A DNA stretch of 64,000 nucleotides from Nanobdellota archaeon (GCA_038046345.1 JBBSWJ010000005.1:1-64000); one strand, 5' to 3'; positions 49,502 to 62,793 are shown, counted from the stretch's first letter. Notes: a model not told the origin generated them from the letters alone. Translations and numbers: made by a program.

Positions 49502-51379
49502 ATGAGGATTATAACATTACATACTGATTATATAGAATTTGAAGTCAAAAAAAAGGCAATAAAAGATGTTCCAGATGCACCAAAAGGAAAACAGAAAATA
49601 GAAGAATGTTTAGTAGTATTAACTGCTGTTGAAAAAACTGATGAGCCAGACATTAAAAATATAGTGCAACAATTAGTAAAAGAAGTAACAAATATAGCAG
49701 GTGAAGTAAAAACAGATAAGATCGTGTTATACCCTTACGCACATTTAAGCTCTAATCTTTCCAGTCCCAAACCAGCGCAAGAAGTAATAGAGCTTGCTAG
49801 AAAAGGTTTATCAAAAAAGTTTAAAGTGTTCAGTGCGCCATTTGGTTATTACAAAAGTTTTGAATTAAAATGTAAGGGCCATCCGCTGTCTGAACTATCA
49901 AGAGAATTTAAACCAGTAAAAGATGGAGAGAATAAAGCAGTTGCAGCAGAGAAGAAACTAAAAAGTGAATGGTATATAATTGATACAACTGGGGCATTAA
50001 AGAAAATAAAATACGATAAAAATAAGATTATAGGATTTGATTTTAGTAAGTATAAGACTTTAGAGAAATTTGCACAATATGAGCTTGCAAAAGTAAGAGC
50101 GGTAAATCAGGAACCTCCGCATGTTAGGCTGATGAGAAAACTGGAATTAGTGGACTATGAACCAGGAAGTGATCCGGGAAATCTAAGATATTATCCTAAG
50201 GGGAGGTTGATTAAAAGTTTGTTAGAACAATTTACCACTGAAAAAATGATAGATTACGGTGCAATGGAAATTGAGTCACCAATAATGTATGATTATGAAC
50301 ATCCTTCATTAAAAAGTTATATGAACAGGTTCCCAGCAAGACAATATACAATACAAACACCTAACAAGAAGGTTTTTTTGCGATTTGCTGCTTGCTTTGG
50401 TCAATTCTTAATGCAGAGAGATGCACAAACTTCATATAAGCATTTGCCCACAAGATTATATGAACTAACAAGATATTCCTTTAGAGCAGAACAACATGGA
50501 GAGCTAACAGGATTAAGAAGATTACGCGCATTTACAATGCCGGACTGTCATGCATTTTGCGCAGATATAGAACAAGCAAAAGAAGAGATGTTAAAGCGAT
50601 TAGAAGTTTCAAGACAATTACAAGGAGAGATAGGATTTGATTTTAGAAATGACTTTGAATTTGCAATAAGGGTAACAAAAGAATTCTATGGAAAAAATAA
50701 AGAATTTGTGAACAGTTTAGTAAAGAAATGGAATAAGCCAACTTTATTAGAAATCTGGGATAAGAAATTTTTTTATTTTATATTAAAGTATGAATGGAAT
50801 TATGTGGATAATTTAGATAAAGCTGCAACACTAACAACTGATCAAATAGATGTAGAAAATGCAAAAAGATATGGTATTACTTATATTGATTCTAATGGTA
50901 AGAAACAATTTCCGCTTATACTGCATTTATCACCAACGGGAGCAATTGAAAGAGTATTGTATGCATTACTTGAAAGAGCGGCAAAAGAAGAAAAAGATGG
51001 AAAGGTTCCAACATTACCATTATGGTTAAGTCCTACACAAGTAAGATTAATTCCTGTTTCTTTAGAGAAACATAAAGGTATTACAGATAAAATGATGGAA
51101 CAATTTCAAGAAGCTAATATCAGAGTGGATATTGACGATAATGGGGAGAGTATTGGAAAGAGAATAAGAGAAGCAGAGCTAGAATGGGTGCCATACATCA
51201 TTGTTATTGGTGACAAAGAAAAAGATGGAACTATCACTGTACGTAAAAGAGGTATAAAAGAACAAAAGGATATGAAGGTTGAAAGTTTAATTAAAGAGAT
51301 AGAACGAGAAGTTAAAGGTAAACCTTTCAAAAAGCTGCCTTTACCACGGTATTTATCTAAAAGAATTAGATTTGTATGA
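49502..51379 (+). CDS. thrS: threonine-tRNA ligase (archaeal type, N-terminal editing domain)
   Basis: LYPYAHLS; LRFAACFG; GLRRLRAFTMPDCH; ILHLSPTGAIER. Confidence 0.97.
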   Translation: MRIITLHTDYIEFEVKKKAIKDVPDAPKGKQKIEECLVVLTAVEKTDEPDIKNIVQQLVKEVTNIAGEVKTDKIVLYPYAHLSSNLSSPKPAQEVIELARKGLSKKFKVFSAPFGYYKSFELKCKGHPLSELSREFKPVKDGENKAVAAEKKLKSEWYIIDTTGALKKIKYDKNKIIGFDFSKYKTLEKFAQYELAKVRAVNQEPPHVRLMRKLELVDYEPGSDPGNLRYYPKGRLIKSLLEQFTTEKMIDYGAMEIESPIMYDYEHPSLKSYMNRFPARQYTIQTPNKKVFLRFAACFGQFLMQRDAQTSYKHLPTRLYELTRYSFRAEQHGELTGLRRLRAFTMPDCHAFCADIEQAKEEMLKRLEVSRQLQGEIGFDFRNDFEFAIRVTKEFYGKNKEFVNSLVKKWNKPTLLEIWDKKFFYFILKYEWNYVDNLDKAATLTTDQIDVENAKRYGITYIDSNGKKQFPLILHLSPTGAIERVLYALLERAAKEEKDGKVPTLPLWLSPTQVRLIPVSLEKHKGITDKMMEQFQEANIRVDIDDNGESIGKRIREAELEWVPYIIVIGDKEKDGTITVRKRGIKEQKDMKVESLIKEIEREVKGKPFKKLPLPRYLSKRIRFV

Positions 51380-52092
51380 TGAAAAGATCTCTAAGAACAT
51401 TATTGCTTGCTGCTTGTTTTACTGTTATCTATGATGGTGTAAACGCAATTACAGATGTTATCGACCCAAAGAGCATACCCTCTTCCAATGAGCACAAGCG
51501 TAATATAGAATGGCTCGCTCTAGTAAATGAGGAACTTGCAGATGTCATAGCTGAACATGTTAGAAAGATCTTTGAGCAGGGGTTTGCAGAGCACTTCAGT
51601 AAAAACGATTTCTATCATGGACATTTTATAGCTGCAGACCAAGAAAAATGTAAACAGCTTGAAGAAATTAAGGGTTTCACTGAGGAAGACTGGCGTAGGT
51701 TATATTTATCTGCAAAACCACATTTCCTTTATCATACATTTGAAAACACTTGGCTAAGAGATCCATACATGGGATTGCCGCGGAGTATTATTGGAACCTT
51801 GGGTGGAGAAATACAGCCAGTAAGAACAGACACTAAAAACTTTATAAGCCACGGCACAGTAAACAGTAAGGATACATTTAGAGTTGGTAATATAACCTAT
51901 AGTGGCATGTGTGATGCAATATTACTCAGATCAAACAGTCATGAAGGTAGTGAGATCTTTTTTAATGACGGGAAATTTAATTATATTCCAAATTACTCAC
52001 AGTTCTACATCTTACCAACCCCAAAAGGAAGATATAAAGCTAATGGGGAGAACTTTGATATTTATTTTGATATTCATAGGCTGCCAAGATAA
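51376..52092 (+). CDS. hypothetical secreted protein
   Basis: Signal-like N-terminus; 4-nt overlap with thrS. Confidence 0.55.
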   Translation: MMKRSLRTLLLAACFTVIYDGVNAITDVIDPKSIPSSNEHKRNIEWLALVNEELADVIAEHVRKIFEQGFAEHFSKNDFYHGHFIAADQEKCKQLEEIKGFTEEDWRRLYLSAKPHFLYHTFENTWLRDPYMGLPRSIIGTLGGEIQPVRTDTKNFISHGTVNSKDTFRVGNITYSGMCDAILLRSNSHEGSEIFFNDGKFNYIPNYSQFYILPTPKGRYKANGENFDIYFDIHRLPR

Positions 52093-52154
52093 GTTTTATC
52101 CGTAACAAGTGAAAATACAACATTTTTAAAGAGCAAAAAGAAATACTTTCACTA

Positions 52155-52655
52155 ATGCTAGATCAGTTAAAAGAAGAGGTTGAAACATTAAGGTACACAA
52201 AAGAGTTCATAGACTACAAATCTAAACATTCAAATGCGTATCTTTGTGCAGGATTCAAAATAATAGATCATTTAGGTAAGATACCATGGCAGATTGATTT
52301 TTATTGTCCTGATAAAAAAATTATAACAACATTTATCTTTGATAAATCTTTAGAACAAAAAGAAACAGACGAAATAAGTCCAGCAGAAGAAGAAATAAAA
52401 GAATTAAACCTTGAAAATATTGATATAGACTTCTCAAAAACATTAGAGATTATTGATAAAATAATTCAAGAAAAATATCCAACCCAAAAATCTAACAAAA
52501 TTATAGTTGTACTTCAAAAAATCAACGGAATAGAAACATGGAATGTTAGTCATTTAACAGATCAGTTTAACATATTAAATGTATGTATTAATGCCCAAAC
52601 TGGTGAAGTAATTAAAGAAAAACTTCAGCAGATAATCTCCTTCAAGCAAAATTAA
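52155..52655 (+). CDS. hypothetical protein (PepSY-like C-terminus)
   Basis: WNV...INAQTGEVIK motif. Confidence 0.6.
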   Translation: MLDQLKEEVETLRYTKEFIDYKSKHSNAYLCAGFKIIDHLGKIPWQIDFYCPDKKIITTFIFDKSLEQKETDEISPAEEEIKELNLENIDIDFSKTLEIIDKIIQEKYPTQKSNKIIVVLQKINGIETWNVSHLTDQFNILNVCINAQTGEVIKEKLQQIISFKQN

Positions 52656-52664
52656 TTTATTATC

Positions 52665-52931
52665 ATGGAATTAACTGAAATAATAGCAAATTTGCCAATA
52701 CTACCGCCGGTTCATACTTGCAGAGAACCAGTTAGTTCACAACACTTAGCAAGGATTAAAATGAATATGCCATCACTTATTACTTTAGAAACACATCACA
52801 TTCTGGGAAGAAACGAAGCAAGCACTATGATATTCTATGGGGATAGATTTGACAAGTCAGGAAAAACAACAAGTTATCAAAGTTTATATGTACAATTCAT
52901 TGAAAGTTACGAAATTCTAGACCAAGAATAA
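52665..52931 (+). CDS. hypothetical protein
   Basis: 88-aa ORF between housekeeping-type genes. Confidence 0.45.
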   Translation: MELTEIIANLPILPPVHTCREPVSSQHLARIKMNMPSLITLETHHILGRNEASTMIFYGDRFDKSGKTTSYQSLYVQFIESYEILDQE

Positions 52932-52985
52932 CGGTGTGTAAACCTTTAAAAAGTATTTTAACAAATTATATTGCCGTGAGCAAAT

Positions 52986-54704
52986 ATGATAAGACAACCA
53001 GTTGTGGCATTTGTAGGGCATGTAGACCATGGAAAATCTAGTATACTTGAATTTATCAAAGAAGTTCCTATAACCAAAAAAGAGGCTGGAGGTATAACCC
53101 AGGCCATAAAAGCATATACAGTACCTTTCGAGAAAATAAAGAAAATCTGTGGTACACAGTTAGAATCTTTAAAACAAGATGTCACCATACCCGGAATATT
53201 ATTTATTGATACACCGGGGCATGCAGCATTCACAAGCTTAAGGAAACGTGGCGGGAATATCTCTGACATAGCAATATTGGTCATAGACATAAATGAAGGA
53301 TTAAAACCACAAACAATTGAAGCAATAGAAATATTAAAGACATTCAAAACTCCGTTTGTTGTTGCATTAAACAAAATTGATTCAATCCAAGGATGGAGAC
53401 CAAATAAAAGCAAGCCAGTCTTGCAAAATATAAAATCTCAAGCAGCAAGAACACAAACCATGCTTGATGAAAGGCTATACGAAATTTTAGGTAACCTATT
53501 TACTCACGGGATACAAAGCGAGAGATTTGACAGAGTAGAAGATTTCACAAAAACAGTTGCAATAATCCCCATAAGCGCAAAAACCGGTGAAGGTATCCCA
53601 GAACTATTGATGATAATAACTGGGCTATGCCAAAAATACCTAGAAGACTCTTTAAAAATTGAAGTTAGCGGAACGGGAAGCGGGACATTGCTTGAGGTAA
53701 ATGATGAACGTGGTCTGGGCACCACTCTTAATATGATCTTATACGATGGTACAATAAAAATAAATGATACCATAGTAATCGGTGGGGTAAATAGTCCTAT
53801 TACTACAAAAGTAAGAAGTATAAGACTTTATGAAGGGAAAAAGTTTACAACACCAAAGTCAATAAGCGCTGCAGCTTCTATAAATATAATCGCACCGAGC
53901 ATAAAAGATGCAGTGCCTGGCATGCCAATTAAAGTAGCAACTCCAAATAGTTTAGAAGAGATTAAAGTTAGTATACAGAAAGAAATAAGTGAATCCATTA
54001 TTGAAACAGAAGAAGAAGGTATTGTACTAAAAGCAGATAGTCTTGGTGGTTTAGAAGCACTTACTAAGTTACTTAAAGAAAAAAAAGTTCCAATTAAAAA
54101 AACCGGTCTTGGTGGCATAACAAAAAAAGACATTGCAACAGCTGCTGCAGCTAAAAATGATATAAATAAAGTGATACTAGCTTTTAATATACCCACTGAA
54201 AAGGATAGTTCTATAAAAATAATACAAGCTGATGTAGTCTATAAAATAATAGAAGATTATGAACGATGGGTCTTAGAAGAAGAAAAAAAGAATACCAACA
54301 AAGAGTTCGAGGGAGTTACTAGACCAGCTAAATTAGAATTTTTACAACATTACGTTTTTAGGCAATCTAATCCAGCTATAATCGGGGTTAGGATTATTGG
54401 GGGCAAAATAAAAGTAGGGATGATACTAATAAAGGATGGTAAGGAGCTTGCAAGAATAAAAGAGATACAGCATGAAAAAGAAAATGTAACAGACGCAGTT
54501 AAGGGGCAGGAAGTAGCAATTGCATTACCAGGGATAACAGTTAGCAGACAGATAAATGAAGGGGATATTATGTATTCTGACATAACCGAGAACGAATACT
54601 TAAAGCTTAAAAAATTAAAAAGCTTTTTAAATCCAGAAGAAGTTGAAATTTTAAAGGAGATAGCCCAAATTAAAAGAAAAATAAAAAAGTTATGGGGGGT
54701 ATAA
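52986..54704 (+). CDS. infB: translation initiation factor aIF5B (IF-2)
   Basis: GHVDHGKS; EAGGITQ; IDTPGHAAFTSLRKRGG; NKID; SAKTGEG. Confidence 0.97.
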   Translation: MIRQPVVAFVGHVDHGKSSILEFIKEVPITKKEAGGITQAIKAYTVPFEKIKKICGTQLESLKQDVTIPGILFIDTPGHAAFTSLRKRGGNISDIAILVIDINEGLKPQTIEAIEILKTFKTPFVVALNKIDSIQGWRPNKSKPVLQNIKSQAARTQTMLDERLYEILGNLFTHGIQSERFDRVEDFTKTVAIIPISAKTGEGIPELLMIITGLCQKYLEDSLKIEVSGTGSGTLLEVNDERGLGTTLNMILYDGTIKINDTIVIGGVNSPITTKVRSIRLYEGKKFTTPKSISAAASINIIAPSIKDAVPGMPIKVATPNSLEEIKVSIQKEISESIIETEEEGIVLKADSLGGLEALTKLLKEKKVPIKKTGLGGITKKDIATAAAAKNDINKVILAFNIPTEKDSSIKIIQADVVYKIIEDYERWVLEEEKKNTNKEFEGVTRPAKLEFLQHYVFRQSNPAIIGVRIIGGKIKVGMILIKDGKELARIKEIQHEKENVTDAVKGQEVAIALPGITVSRQINEGDIMYSDITENEYLKLKKLKSFLNPEEVEILKEIAQIKRKIKKLWGV

Positions 54705-55118
54705 ATGGCTGAGATAAAATTTAACATAAGTAATCCTAAAACAGGAAAAAGTTATAAGAGAACAATAGAAACAAATGAATTTTTAGGAAAACAAATGAAT
54801 AATACTATTAATGGCGAGCTATTAGAACTGCCAGGTTATGAACTGCAAATAACTGGTGGATCAGATAATTCTGGATTCCCAATGCGTGCAGACATACCTG
54901 GATCAAAAAGAATAAAGGCTCTGTTATCGGGTGGTACTGGTATCCATCTTAAGATGAAGGGGTTAAGAAAAAGAAAAAGTGTGACTGGTAGAGAGATCGG
55001 ATCAAGCATTGCCCAGATTAATCTAAAGATTATAAAAGCTGGTCCTAAGAGTATTGAAGAAAATTACGGGATTGAACCAAAAGTAACTGAAGAAAAACCT
55101 GTTCAGGCTGAAGAATGA
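54705..55118 (+). CDS. rps6e: 30S ribosomal protein S6e
   Basis: ITGGSDNSGFPMR; GLRKRKSVTG; IAQIN. Confidence 0.95.
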   Translation: MAEIKFNISNPKTGKSYKRTIETNEFLGKQMNNTINGELLELPGYELQITGGSDNSGFPMRADIPGSKRIKALLSGGTGIHLKMKGLRKRKSVTGREIGSSIAQINLKIIKAGPKSIEENYGIEPKVTEEKPVQAEE

Positions 55119-55399
55119 AATATAAAACAAAAAGTGTTATAATCGGTAGAAAAAAGAAGGATAAAGAGGATGTACTTTTTAGACCATGTTTCATAGCATT
55201 ATTTGACTTAAATGACCCGCATAAAGCTAATGAAGTACCAAAAGAGATTATTGAAATAAAAAAAGCAAAACGTATTGATATCATTGACTTTAAATTAAAG
55301 TTTATGTTGATGGGCGGTGATATTGTGATAAATGACTTAAAGTGGATTGAAGTACAAGAAGAAAATGGTAATGTAAGGATTACTGGACAACAAGTATAA
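55115..55399 (+). CDS. hypothetical protein
   Basis: 4-nt overlap with rps6e. Confidence 0.6.
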   Translation: MKYKTKSVIIGRKKKDKEDVLFRPCFIALFDLNDPHKANEVPKEIIEIKKAKRIDIIDFKLKFMLMGGDIVINDLKWIEVQEENGNVRITGQQV

Positions 55400-55459
55400 T
55401 AATTATTTGTGTTCTTGTTGCTTAATATTTTGTAATTCTTATGGCATTATGTAAAAAGT

Positions 55460-56086
55460 CTATCTTTCCCTATCTTGATTTATGCACACATAAGTTATAC
55501 TTTCCCGCTTTAATATGCGATGAATTTGTGATAATGGTCTGATATGATGAGCTTCCATTACTACAACTAAAGGTTTTGTTGTCTTTGGTTGATATTCAAC
55601 AATCCTATTACCCATTCTTCTCTCTCGATATATCACTTCAATTGGTGATTCAGTTGTACATATATATTCTGGATATTTTCTATGTATTTCTTTTTCGACT
55701 ATGTCTAATTCAGCATAGGATAAATCAATACCTATTGCAATGAAACCATATTTTTCAGCCCACGCCATCACATGTTTATCCTCTGATAATGATTTATCAG
55801 ATAATTCAAAATCATCAATACAATTTACCGGAACACCTTCTAAAAAAGTATGTCTTTTTACACCAGGATCATATCTTCTTGCACCAAGAAATTCGTGTAA
55901 TAAATAATCTGGTTTAGCTTGTTCAATAATTTCTTCTTGCTCTTCATGATGTTGAAACTTAGCATATCCCTCTCCCAGAATGATTATTAAAGGTTCATCT
56001 CCGTAGAAATGGTATCCGCATCCATTTGATATACACCATTCCCTGATAACTTTTTTTTCAAGCATCTGGAAAATAATAGTTTTCAC
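55460..56086 (-). CDS. hypothetical protein
   Basis: 208-aa ORF inserted antisense between rps6e and eif2g. Confidence 0.55.
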   Translation of the reverse strand: MKTIIFQMLEKKVIREWCISNGCGYHFYGDEPLIIILGEGYAKFQHHEEQEEIIEQAKPDYLLHEFLGARRYDPGVKRHTFLEGVPVNCIDDFELSDKSLSEDKHVMAWAEKYGFIAIGIDLSYAELDIVEKEIHRKYPEYICTTESPIEVIYRERRMGNRIVEYQPKTTKPLVVVMEAHHIRPLSQIHRILKRESITYVCINQDRER

Positions 56087-56203
56087 TTTTTAAATTTTTC
56101 TATCTGTAACCACTTTATAATAGAGTCCATATAATAATTCTACGCCATTGATGAAATTTAGACGGGCCATCCAAAAGCCATAACACAACAATCCCCATTA
56201 CAA

Positions 56204-56217
56204 GAAAGGTTTATAAA
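56204..56217 (+). promoter_or_regulatory. BRE-TATA of eif2g
   Basis: GAAAGG-TTTATAAA, 22 nt before the ATG. Confidence 0.55.
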
Positions 56218-56239
56218 AACCTCCTTTGATTAAGCTTCT

Positions 56240-57478
56240 ATGAAAAAAACAAACGAGGTACTTCAACCAGAAATAAATATTGGACTGGTAGGTCATGTAG
56301 ACCATGGGAAAACAACTATTCTTGAAAGACTATCAGGTAAATGGGCAGATACTCATTCAGAAGAAATAAAACGTGGAATCACAATCAGACTCGGCTATGC
56401 AAACACTACAATATACCAATGCCCAAAATGCAAAGAATTACCATACACAACACAAGAAAAATGCCAAAAATGTAAGTCTAAATCAAGCCCAGTAAGATCA
56501 ATAAGCTTCATAGATGCTCCAGGTCATGAAACTTTGATGGCAACAATGCTTTCAGGAGCAGCAATAATGGACGCAGCCTTGTTGTTAATAGCAGCAAACG
56601 AAGAATGCCCGCAACCTCAAACTAAAGAACATTTAACAGCATTAAGCATGATAGGAATAAAGAACATTATTATAATCCAAAACAAAATTGATCTTGCAAC
56701 AGAAGACCAACTTAAAAAAAATTACAATCAAATAAAAAATTTTGTTAAAGGAACAATAGCTGAAAAGGCAATAATCATTCCAATATCAGCACAACATAAT
56801 GCAAATATTGATATCTTAGTCAATGCAATACAAGAAGAATTTAAAACACCAAAAAGAGATCCAAAAAAAGTACCTTTAATGCTTATAGCTAGAAGTTTTG
56901 ATGTAAACAAACCGGGTACAGAAATACAGCAATTAATTGGTGGTGTAATAGGAGGAAGCTTAAAGCAAGGAGTCATAAAAATAAAAGATAAAATAGAGAT
57001 TAAACCAGGAATTAAATCAGAAAAAGATGGAAAAATAACTTATATTCCAATCCAAACAGAAGTTGTAAATATTAATAGTGGATCAAACAAACTTAACGAA
57101 GCAAGACCCGGCGGTAGCATTGCAATATTAACAAAATTAGATCCTTCAATAGTAAAATCAGATAGTTTATCCGGAGGATTAGTAAGCCATCCTGGGGGAT
57201 TACCTGAAACAAGAATAGAGCTATTATTAAAACCAGAATTACTTGAACGTGTTGTTGGCAGCGGTGAAGAAGCTAAAGTAACTTCCATAAAAAAAGGAGA
57301 ACCACTAATGCTTAATGTTAACGCAACAGCAACAATAGGAGTTGTCACCGAATTAAAAAAAGATTTAATTAGAGTTAAACTAAAAAGACCAATCTGTGCA
57401 TTCAAAGAAGATAGGATTACATTATCTCGATTGCTAGGAAGTAAATTTAGGCTTATTGGTATAGGAAGCATTGCTTAA
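56240..57478 (+). CDS. eif2g: translation initiation factor aIF2 gamma
   Basis: QPEINIGLVGHVDHGKT; RGITIRLGYA; DAPGHETLMATMLSG; QTKEHL. Confidence 0.97.
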   Translation: MKKTNEVLQPEINIGLVGHVDHGKTTILERLSGKWADTHSEEIKRGITIRLGYANTTIYQCPKCKELPYTTQEKCQKCKSKSSPVRSISFIDAPGHETLMATMLSGAAIMDAALLLIAANEECPQPQTKEHLTALSMIGIKNIIIIQNKIDLATEDQLKKNYNQIKNFVKGTIAEKAIIIPISAQHNANIDILVNAIQEEFKTPKRDPKKVPLMLIARSFDVNKPGTEIQQLIGGVIGGSLKQGVIKIKDKIEIKPGIKSEKDGKITYIPIQTEVVNINSGSNKLNEARPGGSIAILTKLDPSIVKSDSLSGGLVSHPGGLPETRIELLLKPELLERVVGSGEEAKVTSIKKGEPLMLNVNATATIGVVTELKKDLIRVKLKRPICAFKEDRITLSRLLGSKFRLIGIGSIA

Positions 57479-57480
57479 GA

Positions 57481-57801
57481 TCATTCTTTCTTGTTAAAAG
57501 CATCATAAACATCATAAATAATATATCCAGCAGCTCTGCCAGGGAAAGTCAAGAAATGACCAACCGCACCACTGATTGGATGATCTTCAGTAAACCACTC
57601 ATATGTCATCTGTTCAATACTTGCTGGATCTCTCCCTAGCAGTGGCCGTATCTGAATCAACATTGCAGAATTTACCAAAAGCAAATTTATAGAAAAAAGT
57701 TTCCAATATAATCCCAGCATGCGCTTAAAGTAATTATCCTCAGAACGAATAGCACGTTTTAGTTTATCAGAGCGATTATCATTATACATCTTTTGCCTCA
57801 A
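57481..57801 (-). CDS. hypothetical membrane protein
   Basis: ORF downstream of gyrA; hydrophobic segments. Confidence 0.45.
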   Translation of the reverse strand: MRQKMYNDNRSDKLKRAIRSEDNYFKRMLGLYWKLFSINLLLVNSAMLIQIRPLLGRDPASIEQMTYEWFTEDHPISGAVGHFLTFPGRAAGYIIYDVYDAFNKKE

Positions 57802-60211
57802 GATTATTCATGATAACACGTGCAATAGTAGTAAGTTTATCATTTTGGTCCAATCTCATTAGTCTAACCCCTTGAGTATTTCTGCCAACCACACCAATAT
57901 CTTTTGCATTAGTACGTATGATTATACCATTTTCGCTCATTAACATAACCTCATTATTCTCTTTAACAGTTTTTATTCCAACTACTTTTCCATTCCGCTC
58001 TGATGTTTGAATATTAATAACTCCCTTTCCACCGCGGCGAGTTAACCGATATTCACTTATTTCAGTACGTTTACCAAAGCCATTTTCTGTAACCGTTAAT
58101 AAAAAGCCAGCTGGAAGGGCAACCTCCATACCGATTACTTCATCATCACTATCAAGTTTTATACCTCTAACTCCAGAAGCATTACGCCCTACACTAGGTA
58201 CATCCTTATCACTAAAACGAACTGCCATTCCATTTTTAGATGCAAGTATAATTTCAAGATTTTTAGGTGTTAAACGTGCTTGTACTAAATTATCCCCCTC
58301 GCGAAGTTTTATGCTAGCAATCCCACCGCGGCGTGGATTTGAAAAATCAGACAGTGAAGTTTTTTTTATTACGCCTTTTTTTGTAGCAAACAGTATAAAC
58401 AATGGATCACTAAAATTTTTTATAGGCAAAACAGCACTGATCATTTCACCATCAACTAACTGTAATAAGTTAACTAATGCAGTGCCAAGACCATAACGGG
58501 AAATTTCAGGAACATGGAAGACTGGTAACCAGTGCACTTTTCCAAGATTTGTAAATACCAACAGCGTATTATGATTGCTTGTTATAAACATTTGTTCAAC
58601 AATATCTTCTTTTTTAGTAGCTGCACCAACAATCCCACGCCCACCACGTTTCTGTTGGCGATAAGTAACTAATGGTATTTGTTTAATGTATCCAGCTTTA
58701 GTGATTGTGATAACTACATCTGCCTCTTGTATTAGATCTTTGCTTTCTAAAATTAAGTCGGCTTCATTATCAAGCTGAATAATTTCAGTTCTTCTGCTAT
58801 CACCATATAATGTTTTCATTTCAATTGCTTCATCTTTAACAATTCCGAGTATACGTTTCGGATTATCAAGTAAACTTTTTAGTTCTGCAATAAATTTAAT
58901 AAGTTCATCATGCTCAGTTTGTATTCTTTCTCGTTCAAGACCAGTAATCTTCTGCAGCTTCATATCAAGAATTGCTTGAGACTGGATATCAGAAAGATTG
59001 TAATTAGCAGTTAATGATTGTTTTGCTACTTCAGCATTCTCAGCTTTCTTTAATAAAACAATTATTGGATCGATATTTTGAAGTGCAATACTTAAACCAG
59101 CAAGGATATGCAAACGCTTCTGAGAAACTTCCAAATCAAATTGAGTTCTTCTGGTGACAACTTCCTTTCTATGAAGAATATAACTTTCAAGTGCTAATTT
59201 AAGCGGGAATAACACTGGGCGACTTTTATCGAGCGCCAGCATATTAACTCCAAACGTGCTTTGCAGTTGGGAATGTTTAAATAACTGGTTTGATAGAACT
59301 TCTGGGTTTGCAGAATCCTTTAATATCAGTACTATACTCATACCGCCCCTGTCAGATTCATCTCGTATATCACGTATTCCTTCTATTACTTTGGTTCTAA
59401 CAAGGTCAGCTATCTCTTCAATAATTGTTGCTTTATTTGTTTGGTAAGGTATCTCTCTGATAATTATTCTTTTATCTTTGATCTCCGTTCTTGCACGAAC
59501 AATAATCTTTCCTCTACCAGTTATGAAAGCATTTTTAATGCCATTAGTTCCAATTATTAATCCGCCAGTTGGAAAGTCTGGTCCTTTAATAAAACTCATT
59601 AATTCTTCAACTGATATGTCGGGATTATCAATCAAAGCAACTAATGCATCACATGTCTCAGTAAGATTATGCGGCGGGATATTTGTCGCCATACCAACAG
59701 CAATACCTGAACTCCCGTTTACTAATAGATTTGGGAATTTAGACGGAAGAACAACTGGTTCTTGTGTAGATGCATCAAAATTTGGTATTAAGTTCACTGT
59801 ATTTTTCTCTATGTCTGATAATAATTCCTCACCAATCTTTGCAAGTCTTGCTTCAGTATATCTCATATGCGCTGGAGTGGTAAAATCTACACTACCAAAG
59901 TTACCATGACCATTTATCAATGGGTACCTTAATGAAAAATCCTGTGCCATTCTAACAAGCGAATCATAAATTGCTGAGTCTCCATGCGGATGATACCTAA
60001 AACAATCACCTACTATCCTTGCAGATTTAACAAAGGGCTTATTATTTTTTAACCCCATGCCATGCATAGAATATAATAATCGCCTATGAACTGGTTTAAG
60101 CCCATCACGAACATCTGGTAATGCTCTCGAGGTTATCACAGACATAGCATAATTTATGTAATTAGCCTTCATCTCATCTTCGACTAATTTTTGCTGTATT
60201 TGTTCTGGCAT
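57782..60211 (-). CDS. gyrA: DNA gyrase subunit A
   Basis: RALPDVRDGLKPVHRR; YHPHGDS; MRYTE catalytic Tyr; GyrA-box QKRGGRG; beta-pinwheel repeats. Confidence 0.97.
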   Translation of the reverse strand: MPEQIQQKLVEDEMKANYINYAMSVITSRALPDVRDGLKPVHRRLLYSMHGMGLKNNKPFVKSARIVGDCFRYHPHGDSAIYDSLVRMAQDFSLRYPLINGHGNFGSVDFTTPAHMRYTEARLAKIGEELLSDIEKNTVNLIPNFDASTQEPVVLPSKFPNLLVNGSSGIAVGMATNIPPHNLTETCDALVALIDNPDISVEELMSFIKGPDFPTGGLIIGTNGIKNAFITGRGKIIVRARTEIKDKRIIIREIPYQTNKATIIEEIADLVRTKVIEGIRDIRDESDRGGMSIVLILKDSANPEVLSNQLFKHSQLQSTFGVNMLALDKSRPVLFPLKLALESYILHRKEVVTRRTQFDLEVSQKRLHILAGLSIALQNIDPIIVLLKKAENAEVAKQSLTANYNLSDIQSQAILDMKLQKITGLERERIQTEHDELIKFIAELKSLLDNPKRILGIVKDEAIEMKTLYGDSRRTEIIQLDNEADLILESKDLIQEADVVITITKAGYIKQIPLVTYRQQKRGGRGIVGAATKKEDIVEQMFITSNHNTLLVFTNLGKVHWLPVFHVPEISRYGLGTALVNLLQLVDGEMISAVLPIKNFSDPLFILFATKKGVIKKTSLSDFSNPRRGGIASIKLREGDNLVQARLTPKNLEIILASKNGMAVRFSDKDVPSVGRNASGVRGIKLDSDDEVIGMEVALPAGFLLTVTENGFGKRTEISEYRLTRRGGKGVINIQTSERNGKVVGIKTVKENNEVMLMSENGIIIRTNAKDIGVVGRNTQGVRLMRLDQNDKLTTIARVIMNNLEAKDV

Positions 60212-60212
60212 T

Positions 60213-62099
<1,887 letters not shown>

Positions 62100-62286
62100 T
62101 TACCCTTATCTATCTTTAGATAGGGCTTATTTTTAAAGTTTTCTAAATAAAAAGTGCTTAAATTTTGATACTAGACGGCTTTACAAGCATGTTTTTGTCT
62201 TTATAACCAAGACTGTAAATTTAACTTTACTACTCAAGAATAGGTATAATACAAAGATTTAAAAAGTAGTAAAGATTTTTAACTAT

Positions 62287-62730
62287 ATGAGCATATCATT
62301 AATACCAAGAGAGCCTAATGGAAACTTATTAATCGAGCGCGAAGATGGGCTAATATTACTACTCATTGGAGATTGTTTTATACAGAGTGATAAAGAGGGC
62401 ACGATTGTTTACGGAACTAGCTACCATGATGGATGGTGCTCTGATCAGCAGGTAAGCCCATTTAATATAGCAAGGTGTGTAATCCCAATTAGTGATGGAA
62501 GAAGCCAACAAATGAGAACAAAAAGATTAGCAAGAGAGTTGTTGAAAAATAGGTATGGAATGGCACTTACAGCCCCGCACATTAACAAAGCATATAATTA
62601 TATGTCCAGACAATTAACAGCCCAATGTAATCTCAACCCAACACCACTTGACGAATTGGAGCAAATATTCAACTTTTATGCAGACTGGATAAAAGACAGA
62701 CCAAAAAAACCACGCAAAGTAGTCAGATAG
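62287..62730 (+). CDS. hypothetical protein
   Basis: 147-aa ORF divergent from gyrB. Confidence 0.5.
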   Translation: MSISLIPREPNGNLLIEREDGLILLLIGDCFIQSDKEGTIVYGTSYHDGWCSDQQVSPFNIARCVIPISDGRSQQMRTKRLARELLKNRYGMALTAPHINKAYNYMSRQLTAQCNLNPTPLDELEQIFNFYADWIKDRPKKPRKVVR

Positions 62731-62779
62731 CCTATTACACCAAGTATAATAATTTACTACTTTAGAGTGTTAAAACGTA

Positions 62780-62793
62780 GAAAGCTTTATATA
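62780..62793 (+). promoter_or_regulatory. BRE-TATA of trmB
   Basis: GAAAGC-TTTATATA upstream of ATG 62811. Confidence 0.5.
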